A DNA stretch of 64,000 bases from Candidatus Latescibacterota bacterium (GCA_965237675.1 OZ250150.1:1088001-1152000); one strand, 5' to 3'; counted from the first letter of the stretch, positions 1-10,319 are shown. Notes: generated by a model from the letters alone, not told the origin. Program-made: numbers and translations.

Positions 1-52
1 CGGGAGGGAGAGTGGGGCTGGTAAACGCGAATTTCGGTGAGAAGGGAGACAT

Positions 53-306
53 GGGCGACGCATGCGTCGCCCCTACGATTGCAACGGCGGCGTGGTCATC
101 TGATAGTTGTTTTCGCCAGGCCGTATCGCTAACCGGTTCAAGCTGATGGCTGATAGCTGACGGCTGTTTTTCCACTAACGAGGGCGACCGGCCGGTCGCC
201 CCTACGAAAATCAGACATCCGTAAATTGATATCACAATGCCATATCGCTATCCGGTTCAAGCTGACAACTGATTGCTGATAGCTGTTTTTCCTGACTGCT
301 GATAGC
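53..306. repeat. Two tandem composite units: GTAG-type REP hairpin + spacer + TATCGCTA(A/T)CCGGTT + GCTGA(T/C)N heptamer run
   Basis: gggcgacgcatgcgtcgcccctac (53-76) and gggcgaccggccggtcgcccctac (182-205), each followed by tatcgcta(a/t)ccggttcaagctga and heptamers gctgatg/gctgata/gctgacg. Confidence 0.8.
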
Positions 307-335
307 TTCTCGTATTTCCATAAAGGGTTCGTACA

Positions 336-1007
336 ATGGATTTCGACGAAATCAAGCACCGTCTCTCCCGCCTGGACACCGCGTGCGTCTGCGATGGATA
401 TAAAGCGCTGGATAAACCCGTCAGGGCCGTCGACCCCGCAGTCCGGTCCATCACGCCCGGCCTCAGGCTGATCGGGCGCGCGCATACGGTGACCTGCCAC
501 GAGGACTTTCTGACCGTGATCCTGGCCCTGCGGGATGCCGCACCCGGGGAGGTCCTGGTGATCGATTCTCAGGGGAGCCGGAAGGCGCTGACCGGGGAAC
601 TGTTTCCAACCGAGGCGAGGCGTAAAGGGCTGGCGGGTATTGTCAACGACGGACCGTGCAGGGATACGGCCGCGATTCGCCAGTTGGGATTTCCCTATTA
701 CGCCCGGTCGGTCAGCGCCGTCGCCGGCACAGCGGATAGGCACTTTGAGACGCAGGTTCCAGTCACATGCGGCGGGGTGCGCGTTCATCCGGGCGACATC
801 GTATTTGGAGACGACGACGGATTGATCGTGACTACCCCCGGAGAGATCTCGGAGGTGATTCCCGTTGCGGAAGAAGTGCAGAGGAAAGAGGCGCGCATGC
901 TTTCGGAAATGGAAAGTGGCGTGAGTCTGGTCGAGATGCTGAACCTCGACGTTCACTGCGCCAACATACGCGCCGGCCGGGAGAGCAAATTGCAGTTTCT
1001 GGTGTAA
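336..1007 (+). CDS. RraA family / HMG-CHA aldolase-like protein
   Basis: Motifs GRAHTV, GEVLVID, ALTGEL, G-GIVNDG-CRD, VTCGGVRVHPGDIVFGDDDG. Confidence 0.88.
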   Translation: MDFDEIKHRLSRLDTACVCDGYKALDKPVRAVDPAVRSITPGLRLIGRAHTVTCHEDFLTVILALRDAAPGEVLVIDSQGSRKALTGELFPTEARRKGLAGIVNDGPCRDTAAIRQLGFPYYARSVSAVAGTADRHFETQVPVTCGGVRVHPGDIVFGDDDGLIVTTPGEISEVIPVAEEVQRKEARMLSEMESGVSLVEMLNLDVHCANIRAGRESKLQFLV

Positions 1008-1025
1008 AAAGGTGAAGTGGAGAAG

Positions 1026-1066
1026 CAAAAAGGGATTACGACGACTGTCGTAATCCCTGTCTTTTT
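1026..1066. terminator. Probable bidirectional intrinsic terminator
   Basis: agggattacgac-gact-gtcgtaatccct 12-bp stem with an A-run on the left and a T-run on the right, between convergent genes. Confidence 0.8.
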
Positions 1067-1082
1067 CTGAAAGTGGCAATGT

Positions 1083-1616
1083 CTATTCGGATGGCAGGAT
1101 GTCGCTGAATTGGTATTCCTCGACGATGTCGCCGATCGAGGCTTCGAAGTCGTCCTCGCCCCACTGTTCGATGGTCAGGATCCTTTGTTCGGAACCGTCC
1201 AGGTACTCCCAGACGATCAATTCCTGCGGGGGTTCTTCGCCGTTTTTGTAAAACTCGCCGGCGTCGGACGCCTCCGCGGAATACGTGATGCCGTCGCAGG
1301 CGACCTCTTCGGGCGGGTCTTCGTGTTCGACAATGTGGGATTTCAGGTCGCCGTCAATCTGAGAAATCGGTATCTTGCGGGAAAAGGTCCAGGAAAGGCC
1401 GTCATCTTCCTCACGCTCCAGGTACTTGACTTCATCGGCGCAGGTCAATTCCCATTCGTCCACGCGGTCTCCGTCGTAATCGTAATAATTCTGTGCGGTG
1501 ACTTTCCAGGTCTTGAGGTCATAGTCGACCACGTAACCGGGCTTGAGGTCGGACAGTGTGAAGTCGACCATGGGGTCGGATTCGGCCCTTTTTTTCTTGA
1601 AGGGATTCCAGTTCAT
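1083..1616 (-). CDS. DUF4178-like domain protein
   Basis: Acidic beta-rich protein (LKPGYVVDYD..EWEL..YLERE..LTIEQWGEDDFEASIG) downstream of pspA. Confidence 0.72.
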   Translation of the reverse strand: MNWNPFKKKRAESDPMVDFTLSDLKPGYVVDYDLKTWKVTAQNYYDYDGDRVDEWELTCADEVKYLEREEDDGLSWTFSRKIPISQIDGDLKSHIVEHEDPPEEVACDGITYSAEASDAGEFYKNGEEPPQELIVWEYLDGSEQRILTIEQWGEDDFEASIGDIVEEYQFSDILPSE

Positions 1617-1673
1617 GAGATCACCACCCCCGCACCAGGGACATGAATTCCCAGCCGCGACGAAGTGCCGGAT

Positions 1674-2375
1674 TTACGCTTGAATTCCCATTTTGCTTTT
1701 GAGTTCGGCCAGTTTGTCCGAGCCGGGATTCTTTTCATGGAGCGCGGCGTCTATCTCTTCGTCCACACTCTTGGAAGCGTCGGCCACCTCGCCATAGGCC
1801 TGCGACAGGGACTCGTCTTCTTCCACCCGCTCCTTCATGCGTTCGAGCATGGCAAGCGTGCCGTGAGAGTCCACCTTCGCGAGTTGCTTGTTGATTTTTT
1901 TTGTGGCCGCTGCCGTCCGTGCCCGGGCGCGCAGTGTAACCAGGTCGTTCTCGTACCCGGCAATGGAGGATTTGAGCTTGTCCACCTGGGTCTGTAGCTG
2001 AGCGGCCATTTCCTCCTGCTGCTTGGCGGTCTGGCTCAGCGTGGCGGCCCGGTTCACGTTTTCCTCTTTACGAGCGAGCGCTTCGGCGGCGAGGCGGTCG
2101 GCTTCGGCAGCGTCGATATCGTTATTCTGGGCTTTCTGGAGCAGAGCCATGGCTTTGCGTTCATAGTCTGCCGCGGCCTTCTTGTTGTCCGATGCCTGTT
2201 TTCGCAGCCGGATGCCCTGCCCCTTGACTTCGGCGAGACTGGTCATGGCGTTACTCAGATCGTTTTTGAGATCGCGGATGCCCTGTTCCGTCAGGCGAAT
2301 CGGATCCTCGAATTTGTCGATGGCAGAGTGAACTTCGGCTTTTCCCACACGAAAGATGCGTTGAAAGATGCCCAT
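1674..2375 (-). CDS. pspA: PspA/IM30 family protein
   Basis: N-terminal MGIFQRIFRV..AIDKFEDPIRLTEQGIRDL, long coiled coil, C-terminal LAELKSKMG. Confidence 0.9.
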   Translation of the reverse strand: MGIFQRIFRVGKAEVHSAIDKFEDPIRLTEQGIRDLKNDLSNAMTSLAEVKGQGIRLRKQASDNKKAAADYERKAMALLQKAQNNDIDAAEADRLAAEALARKEENVNRAATLSQTAKQQEEMAAQLQTQVDKLKSSIAGYENDLVTLRARARTAAATKKINKQLAKVDSHGTLAMLERMKERVEEDESLSQAYGEVADASKSVDEEIDAALHEKNPGSDKLAELKSKMGIQA

Positions 2376-2463
2376 GGCGTGCTCCTGTCTGATATGGAAT
2401 CCAGAGGCTGGAGATCGGATAACGTAACGGATTGCATCTCCGTGGGTTCGATCCCCGCGCTCA

Positions 2464-2859
2464 CTATTGTCTGCTGTAATTCAAGAGTTCCTCGGCGTTC
2501 TCGCCCAGGGCCAGGCCCAGGGCGTTGACGGTGCCTTCGATCTCCGCCCGGTCCAGCGTATCCAGGCGAAGGGTGTCACGGAACAGAACGGTTCCGGTCT
2601 CCTCATCGAGGGCGAAGGCGCCGTGGATGAGCGTGCGGTTCAGTTCCAGCAGCCGCTTGTAGAGGTCGCCGGGGTTCTTGGGGACAGGCATGACGGCCTG
2701 TTCAAGGATGAGAATGGGATCTTCGCAGTCGACAATAAGCCGGTGGATCCCCCTGTCTTCGTCGGTGACGACCACCAGTTCCTCACCGGAATCTTCTTCT
2801 TCAATGACCAGTTCCAGGTCCTGAAGAAATCCTTTGACGGTTTCAAAGTGCCGCGACAT
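2464..2859 (-). CDS. YbjN/CesT-Tir-like chaperone-fold protein
   Basis: LYKRLLELNRTLIHGAFALDE..VLFRDTLRLDTLDRAE; upstream of pspA. Confidence 0.75.
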   Translation of the reverse strand: MSRHFETVKGFLQDLELVIEEEDSGEELVVVTDEDRGIHRLIVDCEDPILILEQAVMPVPKNPGDLYKRLLELNRTLIHGAFALDEETGTVLFRDTLRLDTLDRAEIEGTVNALGLALGENAEELLNYSRQ

Positions 2860-2957
2860 AAAAACTCCTTTGAAAATGCGCTGACAAGAGCTGACCGCTC
2901 GTTCGTGAATATATGATTCTCGAGGTTGTATTTTGTTTCAAAAAAAGCGTTGCTGTC

Positions 2958-3410
2958 TCATATATTGAGCAACTTCCCTACCCGGGCGGCGAGGAATTCG
3001 GGCGTCGTCGGTTTTTCCAGGATATGACCGCACGAGATACCGAGACCGGCAAGTTCCTCCAGGCACTCCGGACCGGGGGTCTCGATGAGAACCAGCAATG
3101 GAAGACGGGCGAGCATTTTCCGAATGAAACGAATGCAATCGGGCCCGCTGATTTCGGGTAGATCGTATGCGAGAATCGCGAGGGCATAAGCCCTGGGATT
3201 TTCGGCAAGGGTCTCCAGTGCGCTGCGTCCGTCGGTGACCACGTCCAGTTCGACGGTACGATGATCGAACAGACCGCCGGCGAGGGCCATGGCCGTCGGG
3301 CCGTCTTCCGCGAGCAGAATTCTGGGCAAACCGGGAACCGTTTCGATTTCGGGTTGACTCCGAGTCGAATATCCGGGTGACAAATATACGGAATTCGCTT
3401 GATGCGCCAA
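2958..3410 (-). CDS. Atypical stand-alone response regulator receiver
   Basis: RILLAEDG..DGRSALE..LAILAYDLPEISGPD..LEKP; the canonical phospho-Asp position appears to be Ala; start uncertain. Confidence 0.7.
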   Translation of the reverse strand: MAHQANSVYLSPGYSTRSQPEIETVPGLPRILLAEDGPTAMALAGGLFDHRTVELDVVTDGRSALETLAENPRAYALAILAYDLPEISGPDCIRFIRKMLARLPLLVLIETPGPECLEELAGLGISCGHILEKPTTPEFLAARVGKLLNI

Positions 3411-3540
3411 GAATTATATTTTCCTGAACGGCATTGTCATCCGGCCGCACCCGCCGAAAGCAGGTCAACACGGAAAAACAGCGAATGATTGGGTTGTGCT
3501 CCGGGCCTGCGAGGTCATTTCCCTTTCTCTCTTTATCCTA

Positions 3541-3750
3541 ATTATTCTTTTTCTCCGTCCTTTTTCTTGTACGCAAGAAAAAGGACCAAAAAGAACGGCG
3601 CCGTTCGGCACGGGGCCGGTTTTTCCGCGAATCACTTCACAGGAGATTGCCAGCGTCGTTGCCCTGCGGCCCATTGGAGCGATCCCGTACCACATTGCTG
3701 AACGGACTAGCGCGGAAAAACCCCCAACGCCACCACCGGTCGTGCGTGAG
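3541..3750 (-). repeat. 81-nt-loop scaffold element, copy A
   Basis: TTTTCCGCG 3621-3629 / CGCGGAAAA 3711-3719 enclosing 81 nt, plus gtcctttttcttg..caagaaaaaggac hairpin; homologous to copies B-E. Confidence 0.85.
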
Positions 3751-3923
3751 GTAGACCCACAAGGACCGCCGCGTGGATTTGCGGTTCTCGCTGGCTGCTG
3801 ACAGCTGATAGACGATAGCTTGTGGCTGCCGTTCCCGTCGCGTCTTCGTGGGAGGTCTTGCTTTCTGGCCGGAGGCAGCGAACCCCGGAGAAGTCGTCCT
3901 TTTGGACATTTTGAAAGCGACGA

Positions 3924-4080
3924 GACCTACCCTCTCTCCCCCTTCCTGAAGGAAGTGGGGAATTATAATTGGTTGAATACATTTCGATGGATGAATATAT
4001 CCAGGTGCAATATCTCGACGGGCCATCGCCCGGTTTTCCTCCCCCTTTCCTTTAGGAGAGGGGGCCGGGGGGAGAGGTTC
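3924..4080. repeat. Palindromic-end non-autonomous element (CCTCTCCCCC..GGAGAGGG family)
   Basis: Highly similar inverted copy at 22464-22619; related copies at 14725-14843, 18288-18539, 46775-46812, 59541-59672. Confidence 0.8.
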
Positions 4081-4092
4081 CCGGGAATATCT

Positions 4093-4200
4093 GTAGGGGC
4101 AACCCTTGTGGTTGCCCTCCCAAAGGCGCGGATATTGCGAATTGCCATCACCGGGCCTTATCGCCAACCGGTTTTGGCTGAACGCTGACTGCTGATCGCT
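4093..4200 (+). repeat. GTAG-REP + 41-nt spacer + AACCGGTT + heptamer composite
   Basis: gtaggggcaacccttgtggttgccc (4093-4117), 41 nt, then tatcgccaaccggttttggctgaacgctgactgctgatcgct; same layout inverted at 41452-41566 and 52436-52551. Confidence 0.8.
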
Positions 4201-4306
4201 GTTGTTCCTGATCGCTAACCCATAGTTGTGTTTTGTTTCACGTATAGAGTCATTATATTTCAGTCGCCGCTCACGTTGCGGAGACCCACTCGTTCTCGAG
4301 GCATCG

Positions 4307-6043
4307 ATGCAAAAATACGCGATCTGGTCGCTCAGACACACGAGAGATTCCGAGTCTTGCCCGGATGGTTCCTCCGGATCCCTTGTGGATGTGGTTATGG
4401 CGAACCGCGATTTGACCGCCGAGGATATCTCGGATTCTCCTGGAAACCTTCAGGACCCGTTTTCCATGAAGGACATGGACCGCCTCACGGAGCGGATTGT
4501 GACGGCGGTTCGTTCGGGCGAACGCATCGTCGTATTTGGCGACTATGACGTGGACGGGGTGACGAGTACAGCCGTATTGATGGATTTACTGGAGAGGGTC
4601 GGAGCGGATGTCGTGTCCATCCTGCCGGACCGCCACCAGGACGGATACGGGATGAAGCCACCCGGCGTCAGGCGAGCGATCGAAGCGGGCGCGCGTCTGA
4701 TTGTGACGGCGGACAACGGCATTTCCTCGTTCGAGGCGGTTGAGGCGGCGAATGCAGCCGGCATCGACGTGTTGGTGACCGATCATCACCAGCCTCAGGA
4801 ACGGTTGCCTGACGCACTCGCGGTGGTCAATCCCAACCGCCCCGATTGCGGCTACGCGTTCAAGGGGCTCGCGGCCGTGGGTGTGGCATTCAAGGTTGTC
4901 CAGGCCCTGTCACAAACCCTGGTCGAGGCGTCGGAACGCAGGGCCTATCTGAATTCGTTGCTGGATCTGGTTGCACTGGGAACGGTTGCGGATGTCGCGC
5001 CGATGTTGGGCGAGAACCGGTTGCTGACTCGCCGGGGTATGCAGATTCTGGATCGGACGCAGCGTCCGGGGCTCCAGGCGTTGAAAGCGGTAGCCGGCGC
5101 CGATACGCGGCCCGTGGATACAACGGCGATCGGATACTTCCTGGGGCCGCGCATCAACAGTGCCGGGCGGCTGGCGTCCGCGGACCTGGCGCTGGACCTG
5201 CTGCGCACCTCGGAGGCGAACGAGGCGGCCCGCCTGGCGGAGCGGCTGAACGCGCTCAACCGACAGCGGCGAGAACTCGAGCTGGCAGGCGTAAAACAGG
5301 CGGTGGAGCAGGTGGAGTCGATGGGGCTGGGCCAAAACCGGATTCTGGTTGCGAAAGGCGAAAGCTGGCACCTGGGCGTGGTGGGGTTGATCGCGGGTCG
5401 ACTGGCGGAGCAGTATGGCAGGCCTGGCATCGCCTGTACCGAGGTTCGCGGGGACGGAAGTTTTACGGGGTCGGCGCGTTCCGCGGCAGGCTACAATATG
5501 GCGGAAGGGATTTTCCGCTGTGCCGATCTGCTGACCGAGTACGGCGGGCACGCTGATGCGGCCGGTTTTACCGGCCCGCTCGGGCATTATGAAGCGTTCA
5601 AAGCACGGCTGGAGGCAGATGCGGCGGATCGGGTCCTGGATGAGGATCTGAGAACCCGGCTGGAACTGGATGCCACGCTTCAGCCAATGGAGATTTCGCT
5701 GGAGACGGTCTCGGCGCTGTCTGCCCTGGCGCCGTTCGGTCGGGGAAATGAAGCGCCGCTGTTTATGGTGCAAGACTGTACGATTGAACGTGCGATTGCG
5801 GTTGGGAAAGGGGCCCACCTTAAAATGAATCTGGACACGGGGTCGTCCGCCGCCCGGGCGGACGGCTCAGCGCGGTCGAGCCCGCGGATATGTGACGCGG
5901 TCTGGTGGGGAAAGGGAGAATTGGCCGTCCGGCTTCGCCGTGGCGATCGCGTGGACGTGGCCTGCGCTCTTGAAGCCAACACCTGGAACGGCCGGACTCA
6001 GGTGCAGCTTGTATTGGAAGATATGCGCCCCGCAGAGGAATAA
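4307..6043 (+). CDS. recJ: Single-stranded DNA exonuclease RecJ
   Basis: GDYDVDGVTS, IVTADNG, VTDHH, LGTVADVAP, LGPRINSAGRL, GGHADAAG, PFGRGN; ATG 4307 preferred. Confidence 0.95.
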   Translation: MQKYAIWSLRHTRDSESCPDGSSGSLVDVVMANRDLTAEDISDSPGNLQDPFSMKDMDRLTERIVTAVRSGERIVVFGDYDVDGVTSTAVLMDLLERVGADVVSILPDRHQDGYGMKPPGVRRAIEAGARLIVTADNGISSFEAVEAANAAGIDVLVTDHHQPQERLPDALAVVNPNRPDCGYAFKGLAAVGVAFKVVQALSQTLVEASERRAYLNSLLDLVALGTVADVAPMLGENRLLTRRGMQILDRTQRPGLQALKAVAGADTRPVDTTAIGYFLGPRINSAGRLASADLALDLLRTSEANEAARLAERLNALNRQRRELELAGVKQAVEQVESMGLGQNRILVAKGESWHLGVVGLIAGRLAEQYGRPGIACTEVRGDGSFTGSARSAAGYNMAEGIFRCADLLTEYGGHADAAGFTGPLGHYEAFKARLEADAADRVLDEDLRTRLELDATLQPMEISLETVSALSALAPFGRGNEAPLFMVQDCTIERAIAVGKGAHLKMNLDTGSSAARADGSARSSPRICDAVWWGKGELAVRLRRGDRVDVACALEANTWNGRTQVQLVLEDMRPAEE

Positions 6044-6083
6044 GAGGGATTCCTGCACACGGAACCCATTTCAAGGCGGTTTC

Positions 6084-7082
6084 TCACTTCATAACCGGAA
6101 CTTCGACTCGCTTCCCGGTCCGGGCGGATTCGTGGGCAGCCGCGGCCACGGCGACCACCCGCCGTCCGTCCCTACCGTCGGATTTTGGCGCTTCGCCCCT
6201 TTGAATACAACCGATGAAGTGAGCGATCTCGTCTGTCATGCCGTTGTTCGAGGGCACCTCTATAGCGGTGGACTTCTCGCCGTGCCGGGCGAATAAGATA
6301 GGCCCTTCCGAGACGTTGAGCTTGAGCGCGCCTCCTGTTCCGGCAACGCCGAGTTCGTAGCTGTTAACCGGGTAGACGCGGCTGCTGCTTAAAGAGCCGA
6401 TGGCGCCCGAGGCGAATTCGATGCCGATGAAGATGCTTTCTTCGATTTCGTTCGCCGGGTCCTCTCCATATCTCATGACAGCATTGACGGCACGGATTTC
6501 ACCGGCAAGCCAGGCGAGTTGGTCCAGTTCGTGGCTGTACATGGAAAACATACCGCCGTACTGTTCCTTCCGCGTCTGCCATCCGCCGACGCCGCCCGGC
6601 GCGGCGGTGCCCAGACGTACGGCATGCGCGAGGGTAATTTCACCGACGTCTCCCCTGTCCACCCGGCGTTTGAGTTCCTGATAAGCGGCCTGAAACCGGC
6701 GGACATAGCCGATCATCAGGAATACGTTGGACTGTTCGGCGGCGCGGATCATCGTATCGCAATCTTCAACGGTAAGCGCCATTGGTTTTTCGCAGAACAC
6801 ATGGGCGCCCGCCAGCGCCGCGTCTGTACTGATGCGGCTGTGCGTGTGGTTGGGCGTCACAACCAGCACGGCGTCCGGTTTCTCGGCAGCCAGCATGGCG
6901 CGATGATCGGCGTAGGGCATCGGGCTGGAATCCAGTTGCGATGCAAGCTGCGCGGCGGATTCCGATACCACGTCGCAGACGGCGACAAGCCGCGCGCCCT
7001 CCATCGCTTCTATGTTTCTGGCGTGGGCGCGGCCCAACCCGCCACATCCCGCGAGCGCGACTTTTAGAGGTTCTTCAGGCAT
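6084..7082 (-). CDS. Gfo/Idh/MocA family oxidoreductase
   Basis: KVALAGCGGLG, TPNHTH, HVFCEKPMA. Confidence 0.92.
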   Translation of the reverse strand: MPEEPLKVALAGCGGLGRAHARNIEAMEGARLVAVCDVVSESAAQLASQLDSSPMPYADHRAMLAAEKPDAVLVVTPNHTHSRISTDAALAGAHVFCEKPMALTVEDCDTMIRAAEQSNVFLMIGYVRRFQAAYQELKRRVDRGDVGEITLAHAVRLGTAAPGGVGGWQTRKEQYGGMFSMYSHELDQLAWLAGEIRAVNAVMRYGEDPANEIEESIFIGIEFASGAIGSLSSSRVYPVNSYELGVAGTGGALKLNVSEGPILFARHGEKSTAIEVPSNNGMTDEIAHFIGCIQRGEAPKSDGRDGRRVVAVAAAAHESARTGKRVEVPVMK

Positions 7083-7139
7083 TGTTGGCTCACGATTGGC
7101 TCGAAACAGTTGGAATTGGTTCGCCGCGGCGGCGGTTTC

Positions 7140-8153
7140 TCATTGCAACTGGATCGGTATGGAACCCTGTTCTGCGGATTCTTCCGCCGCGAAACATGCG
7201 GCGTGGGTGTTGACGGCTACAGCGAGATTGTTGTCGGATTCGACGTCGTCGAGGATACATTCAACAAGGTGGTCGACCATTTCCTGGAAAGGATGGTCGG
7301 CAACGGCGCCGCTGTCGGGCATGACCGCGGGAAAACTGCCGAAGGCGTCCTGGCCGGATAGCTGCCGGGTGTAGAATTGGTTGTTTCGGATCACGCCCTC
7401 CGTGCCGAAAACCTCCAGGTTGAAGACATAAGGCATGAAAAAGGCCGTGGATCCTGAGAATTTTCCGGCGGCGCCCCCCGCGAATTCCACCGTGGCGACC
7501 GTCGTGGAACGGTAGTTCTCCGCATGGGTTCGATGGCGCGGGGAAACGCCCGTTACCCGGGTGACGAGATCATTATCCAGAATGTAACGGGCGGCGTCGA
7601 GGGCATGGCAGCCGCCATGCACAATGGCGCCGTTGACAAACGGGTTCCAACCGGTGCGGCTGAATTTTTCCGGGCGGGCGTTGGTGGGGCCGTGCCAGTA
7701 GTCGGCATGGACAAGCAGAGGAACGCCGACCCAGCCCTTCCCGATGGCCTGTTTGATGGAAATGATGAGTGGATTCCACCGAAGCACGAAGCCGACGACG
7801 GTCTTGACGCCCGCGCTTATCACGGCCCGGTGCATCGCATCCAGTTCGTCGGGGTTGGTGGCCACCGGTTTCTCGATCAGCAGGTGTTTGCCGGCGCGGG
7901 CGGCGGCAATGGCTTCCCCGGCGTGGCGGTCCGGCGGGGTACAGATGGAAACGACGTCGACTTCCGGATGATCGAGAAGCCGGTCGTAGTCATCGTACAG
8001 GTCGCATTCAAGCCCCAGTTCAACCGCTTTCTTCTGGGCGCTTTCCAGCGTCCGGCTCCCGATGGCGACCAACCGGGTGTTAGGGTTGTTAAGATAGGCT
8101 CTTATGTGTTCGGTGGAGACGTTTCCCGCGCCTTGAATTGCAACGCCAAGCAT
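7140..8153 (-). CDS. Gfo/Idh/MocA family oxidoreductase
   Basis: GVAIQGAGNVS, ICTPPDRH, GKHLLIEKP, GCHALD; ATG 8153 after ggagaa RBS. Confidence 0.9.
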   Translation of the reverse strand: MLGVAIQGAGNVSTEHIRAYLNNPNTRLVAIGSRTLESAQKKAVELGLECDLYDDYDRLLDHPEVDVVSICTPPDRHAGEAIAAARAGKHLLIEKPVATNPDELDAMHRAVISAGVKTVVGFVLRWNPLIISIKQAIGKGWVGVPLLVHADYWHGPTNARPEKFSRTGWNPFVNGAIVHGGCHALDAARYILDNDLVTRVTGVSPRHRTHAENYRSTTVATVEFAGGAAGKFSGSTAFFMPYVFNLEVFGTEGVIRNNQFYTRQLSGQDAFGSFPAVMPDSGAVADHPFQEMVDHLVECILDDVESDNNLAVAVNTHAACFAAEESAEQGSIPIQLQ

Positions 8154-8450
8154 GGCTTCTCCCTTTAGACTTTCCTGTAGCATGATGTTCAAGCTTTTCG
8201 GCGGACGACCTGAGAATGCCTGTCCCTCATTTCGCCGCGCGTCGAACGCAAAGATACGAGCGCGTCGTGGCGCCGTCAAGATGGATCCTGTACGTCCTTT
8301 GTTGTCATCGTTAAGGCCGGGCGGGCCGTCTGGCGCTTGCTGTGCGCGGTCGGAGACGTTTGAAGGCGGCCCGGTGAACCGTTGATTTTTCAGGAAGGCC
8401 GCTTTATTTTAGCGCGTGACGTAGAGTTTTTCTCCACATATCCGAGGTGA

Positions 8451-9314
8451 ATGGTGCCGAAACGGATCAATAAAGCTATTGAGCTCCTGGAACAGGGACA
8501 GCCGATATATTATGTCGGCGTCTCCGAGGTATCGTACGAAGCAGGCCGGGAGATGGCCGGGACGTGGGCCGACTATATAAACGTCAGTATGGAGCACGGT
8601 GCGTTCGATATGCGGGGGCTCGGTGACTTCATGCGAGGCCTGGTGGACGGCGGTCCCACGGCCGGCGGGCACAGGACGCCGGCCGTCATCGTCGATCTGC
8701 CGGTGGAGGGGTCGAGTGAAGCGGTGGTTCGCGCCAACGCCTGGATGTTCAAGCAGGCGCTGGCCCGAGGCGTGCATGGAATTCTGCTGTGCCATGCCGA
8801 CGATCCGGAGGGCGTCCGGGCCTTTGTGGAGAGTTGCAGGTATCCGTTCCGGAAGCCGGCCGTGGGGCACGGTGATGGCCGGCGCGGCGCGGGGGGGCAG
8901 GGCTGGGCCGCACAGGTCTGGGGCGTTCCCGCAAACGAGTACCTGGAGAAAGCCGATCCGTGGCCGCTGAATCCGGACGGAGAATTGATGCTGGGCGTGA
9001 AAATCGAGAACAAACGCGCGCTGGCCAACGCGGAGGCGACGGCGAGGGTGCAGGGGCTCGCCTTCGGCGAGTGGGGACCAGGGGATATGGGGATGTCGCT
9101 TGGGCACGCCGATCGGCACGACCCGCCCTATCCGCCTGAAATGGGGGCTGCCCGGGCCCGCGTGATGGCGGCCTGCAAGGACGCCGGCCTATTCTTTCTG
9201 AACGGCGCGAATACGGACAACGTAACGGAGATGATTGACGAGGGCGTGATGATCTGCTCCGGAGGCGGGGAGGCCGTGGCGAAGGTCGGACGGGCGTATA
9301 CTGGCAGAAGATAA
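8451..9314 (+). CDS. HpcH/HpaI aldolase/citrate lyase family protein
   Basis: MEHGAFD, QALARGVHGI, GVKIENKRALAN, GPGDMGMSLG. Confidence 0.82.
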   Translation: MVPKRINKAIELLEQGQPIYYVGVSEVSYEAGREMAGTWADYINVSMEHGAFDMRGLGDFMRGLVDGGPTAGGHRTPAVIVDLPVEGSSEAVVRANAWMFKQALARGVHGILLCHADDPEGVRAFVESCRYPFRKPAVGHGDGRRGAGGQGWAAQVWGVPANEYLEKADPWPLNPDGELMLGVKIENKRALANAEATARVQGLAFGEWGPGDMGMSLGHADRHDPPYPPEMGAARARVMAACKDAGLFFLNGANTDNVTEMIDEGVMICSGGGEAVAKVGRAYTGRR

Positions 9315-9502
9315 ACGCACTTCAGGTCGAACGTGACCGAACAATCGAAACTTATATAAACTGACGGCTGTCCTTCGGAGAAAGGAGCGCAAACACGAAC
9401 GAATACCGTTGCTCCTGGCGCTTGCCGAAGAACCTTTAAAGCAGGCGCCAAAACCACGGTCGTCTGAATTGGCGGTGAACCGTCGATACGAGGAGGGAAG
9501 AG

Positions 9503-10180
9503 ATGTCAAGTTCGAACATACGTACCATCGTGGAGGTCGTGTTGGCGGCGGCGTGCGCGTACCTGGCGTACATCGCGTACATCGCCCCCGTTAATGTCAC
9601 CATCAACTACGATGAGGACAAAATGGTGGCGCACGGCGCGGTTCTGGACTCGATCTGGAGCAAGGATTTCGCCAGAGAAGCGACGCTCGGATGGTTGAAA
9701 GAGAAGGACGTCTATCACTACCAGGACAGCGGATTGGCCGGTCGCCTCGGCGACGCGATGCCGGACGCGACAACACATGGAAACGGCGAAACACTGGATG
9801 AGCGGAAAGCCCGCCTGGAAGGCGCGATTGCGGAAAATCCTCTGATTGCCGATCTTCGCGGCCGGGCGCGTGAACTGCAGCCTCCCTTTCAGTATATCGG
9901 CAAAGAAGTCCGCGTGGGCGTTCCGAGCGGAAACAGACCTCGAAAAAATGTGGCGTACGTCGCCTTCGGGAGCGAGTTCGACGGCAGGGTCGTTGAAATC
10001 TGGAATCCCGCAAACAACAAACGCGTGACGGTGTTTGCGCAGGGTGCGTTCCTGCCCACGGAAACGGTCACGATCGACTTCCAGATGAACAGGCAACAGG
10101 CGGTGGACCTGTTCGCTCGCGTCGAGCAGACCGCGGACGCGGTGGCAGTCATTCTTCCGCCGTCGACGCCGGCGCCGTAG
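9503..10180 (+). CDS. Membrane-anchored hypothetical protein, possible RlpA-like DPBB C-terminus
   Basis: N-terminal TM helix; C-terminal GRVVEIWNPANNKRVTV..IDFQMNRQQAVDL resembles a double-psi barrel. Confidence 0.6.
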   Translation: MSSSNIRTIVEVVLAAACAYLAYIAYIAPVNVTINYDEDKMVAHGAVLDSIWSKDFAREATLGWLKEKDVYHYQDSGLAGRLGDAMPDATTHGNGETLDERKARLEGAIAENPLIADLRGRARELQPPFQYIGKEVRVGVPSGNRPRKNVAYVAFGSEFDGRVVEIWNPANNKRVTVFAQGAFLPTETVTIDFQMNRQQAVDLFARVEQTADAVAVILPPSTPAP

Positions 10181-10319
10181 ACGGGTGGCCGCGGGATCCG
10201 ATTCGGCAATTGTAAGATCACCGGCGGCTCAGCGCTTCTGCATGGCGCGGCCGCCGGTTTGCTTTAGCAGCCCCCGCCATTCCGAGTCGCATTCCTCGGA
10301 TCATTCCTCTCTTCCTCAT

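Noticed and set aside
3465-4341. ORFs within repeat clusters (3496-3801, 3637-4341, 11141-11515, 12755-13183, 38384-38848, 46834-47100)
   Set aside because: Translations of palindromic repeats; homologous copies contain stops in the same frames.
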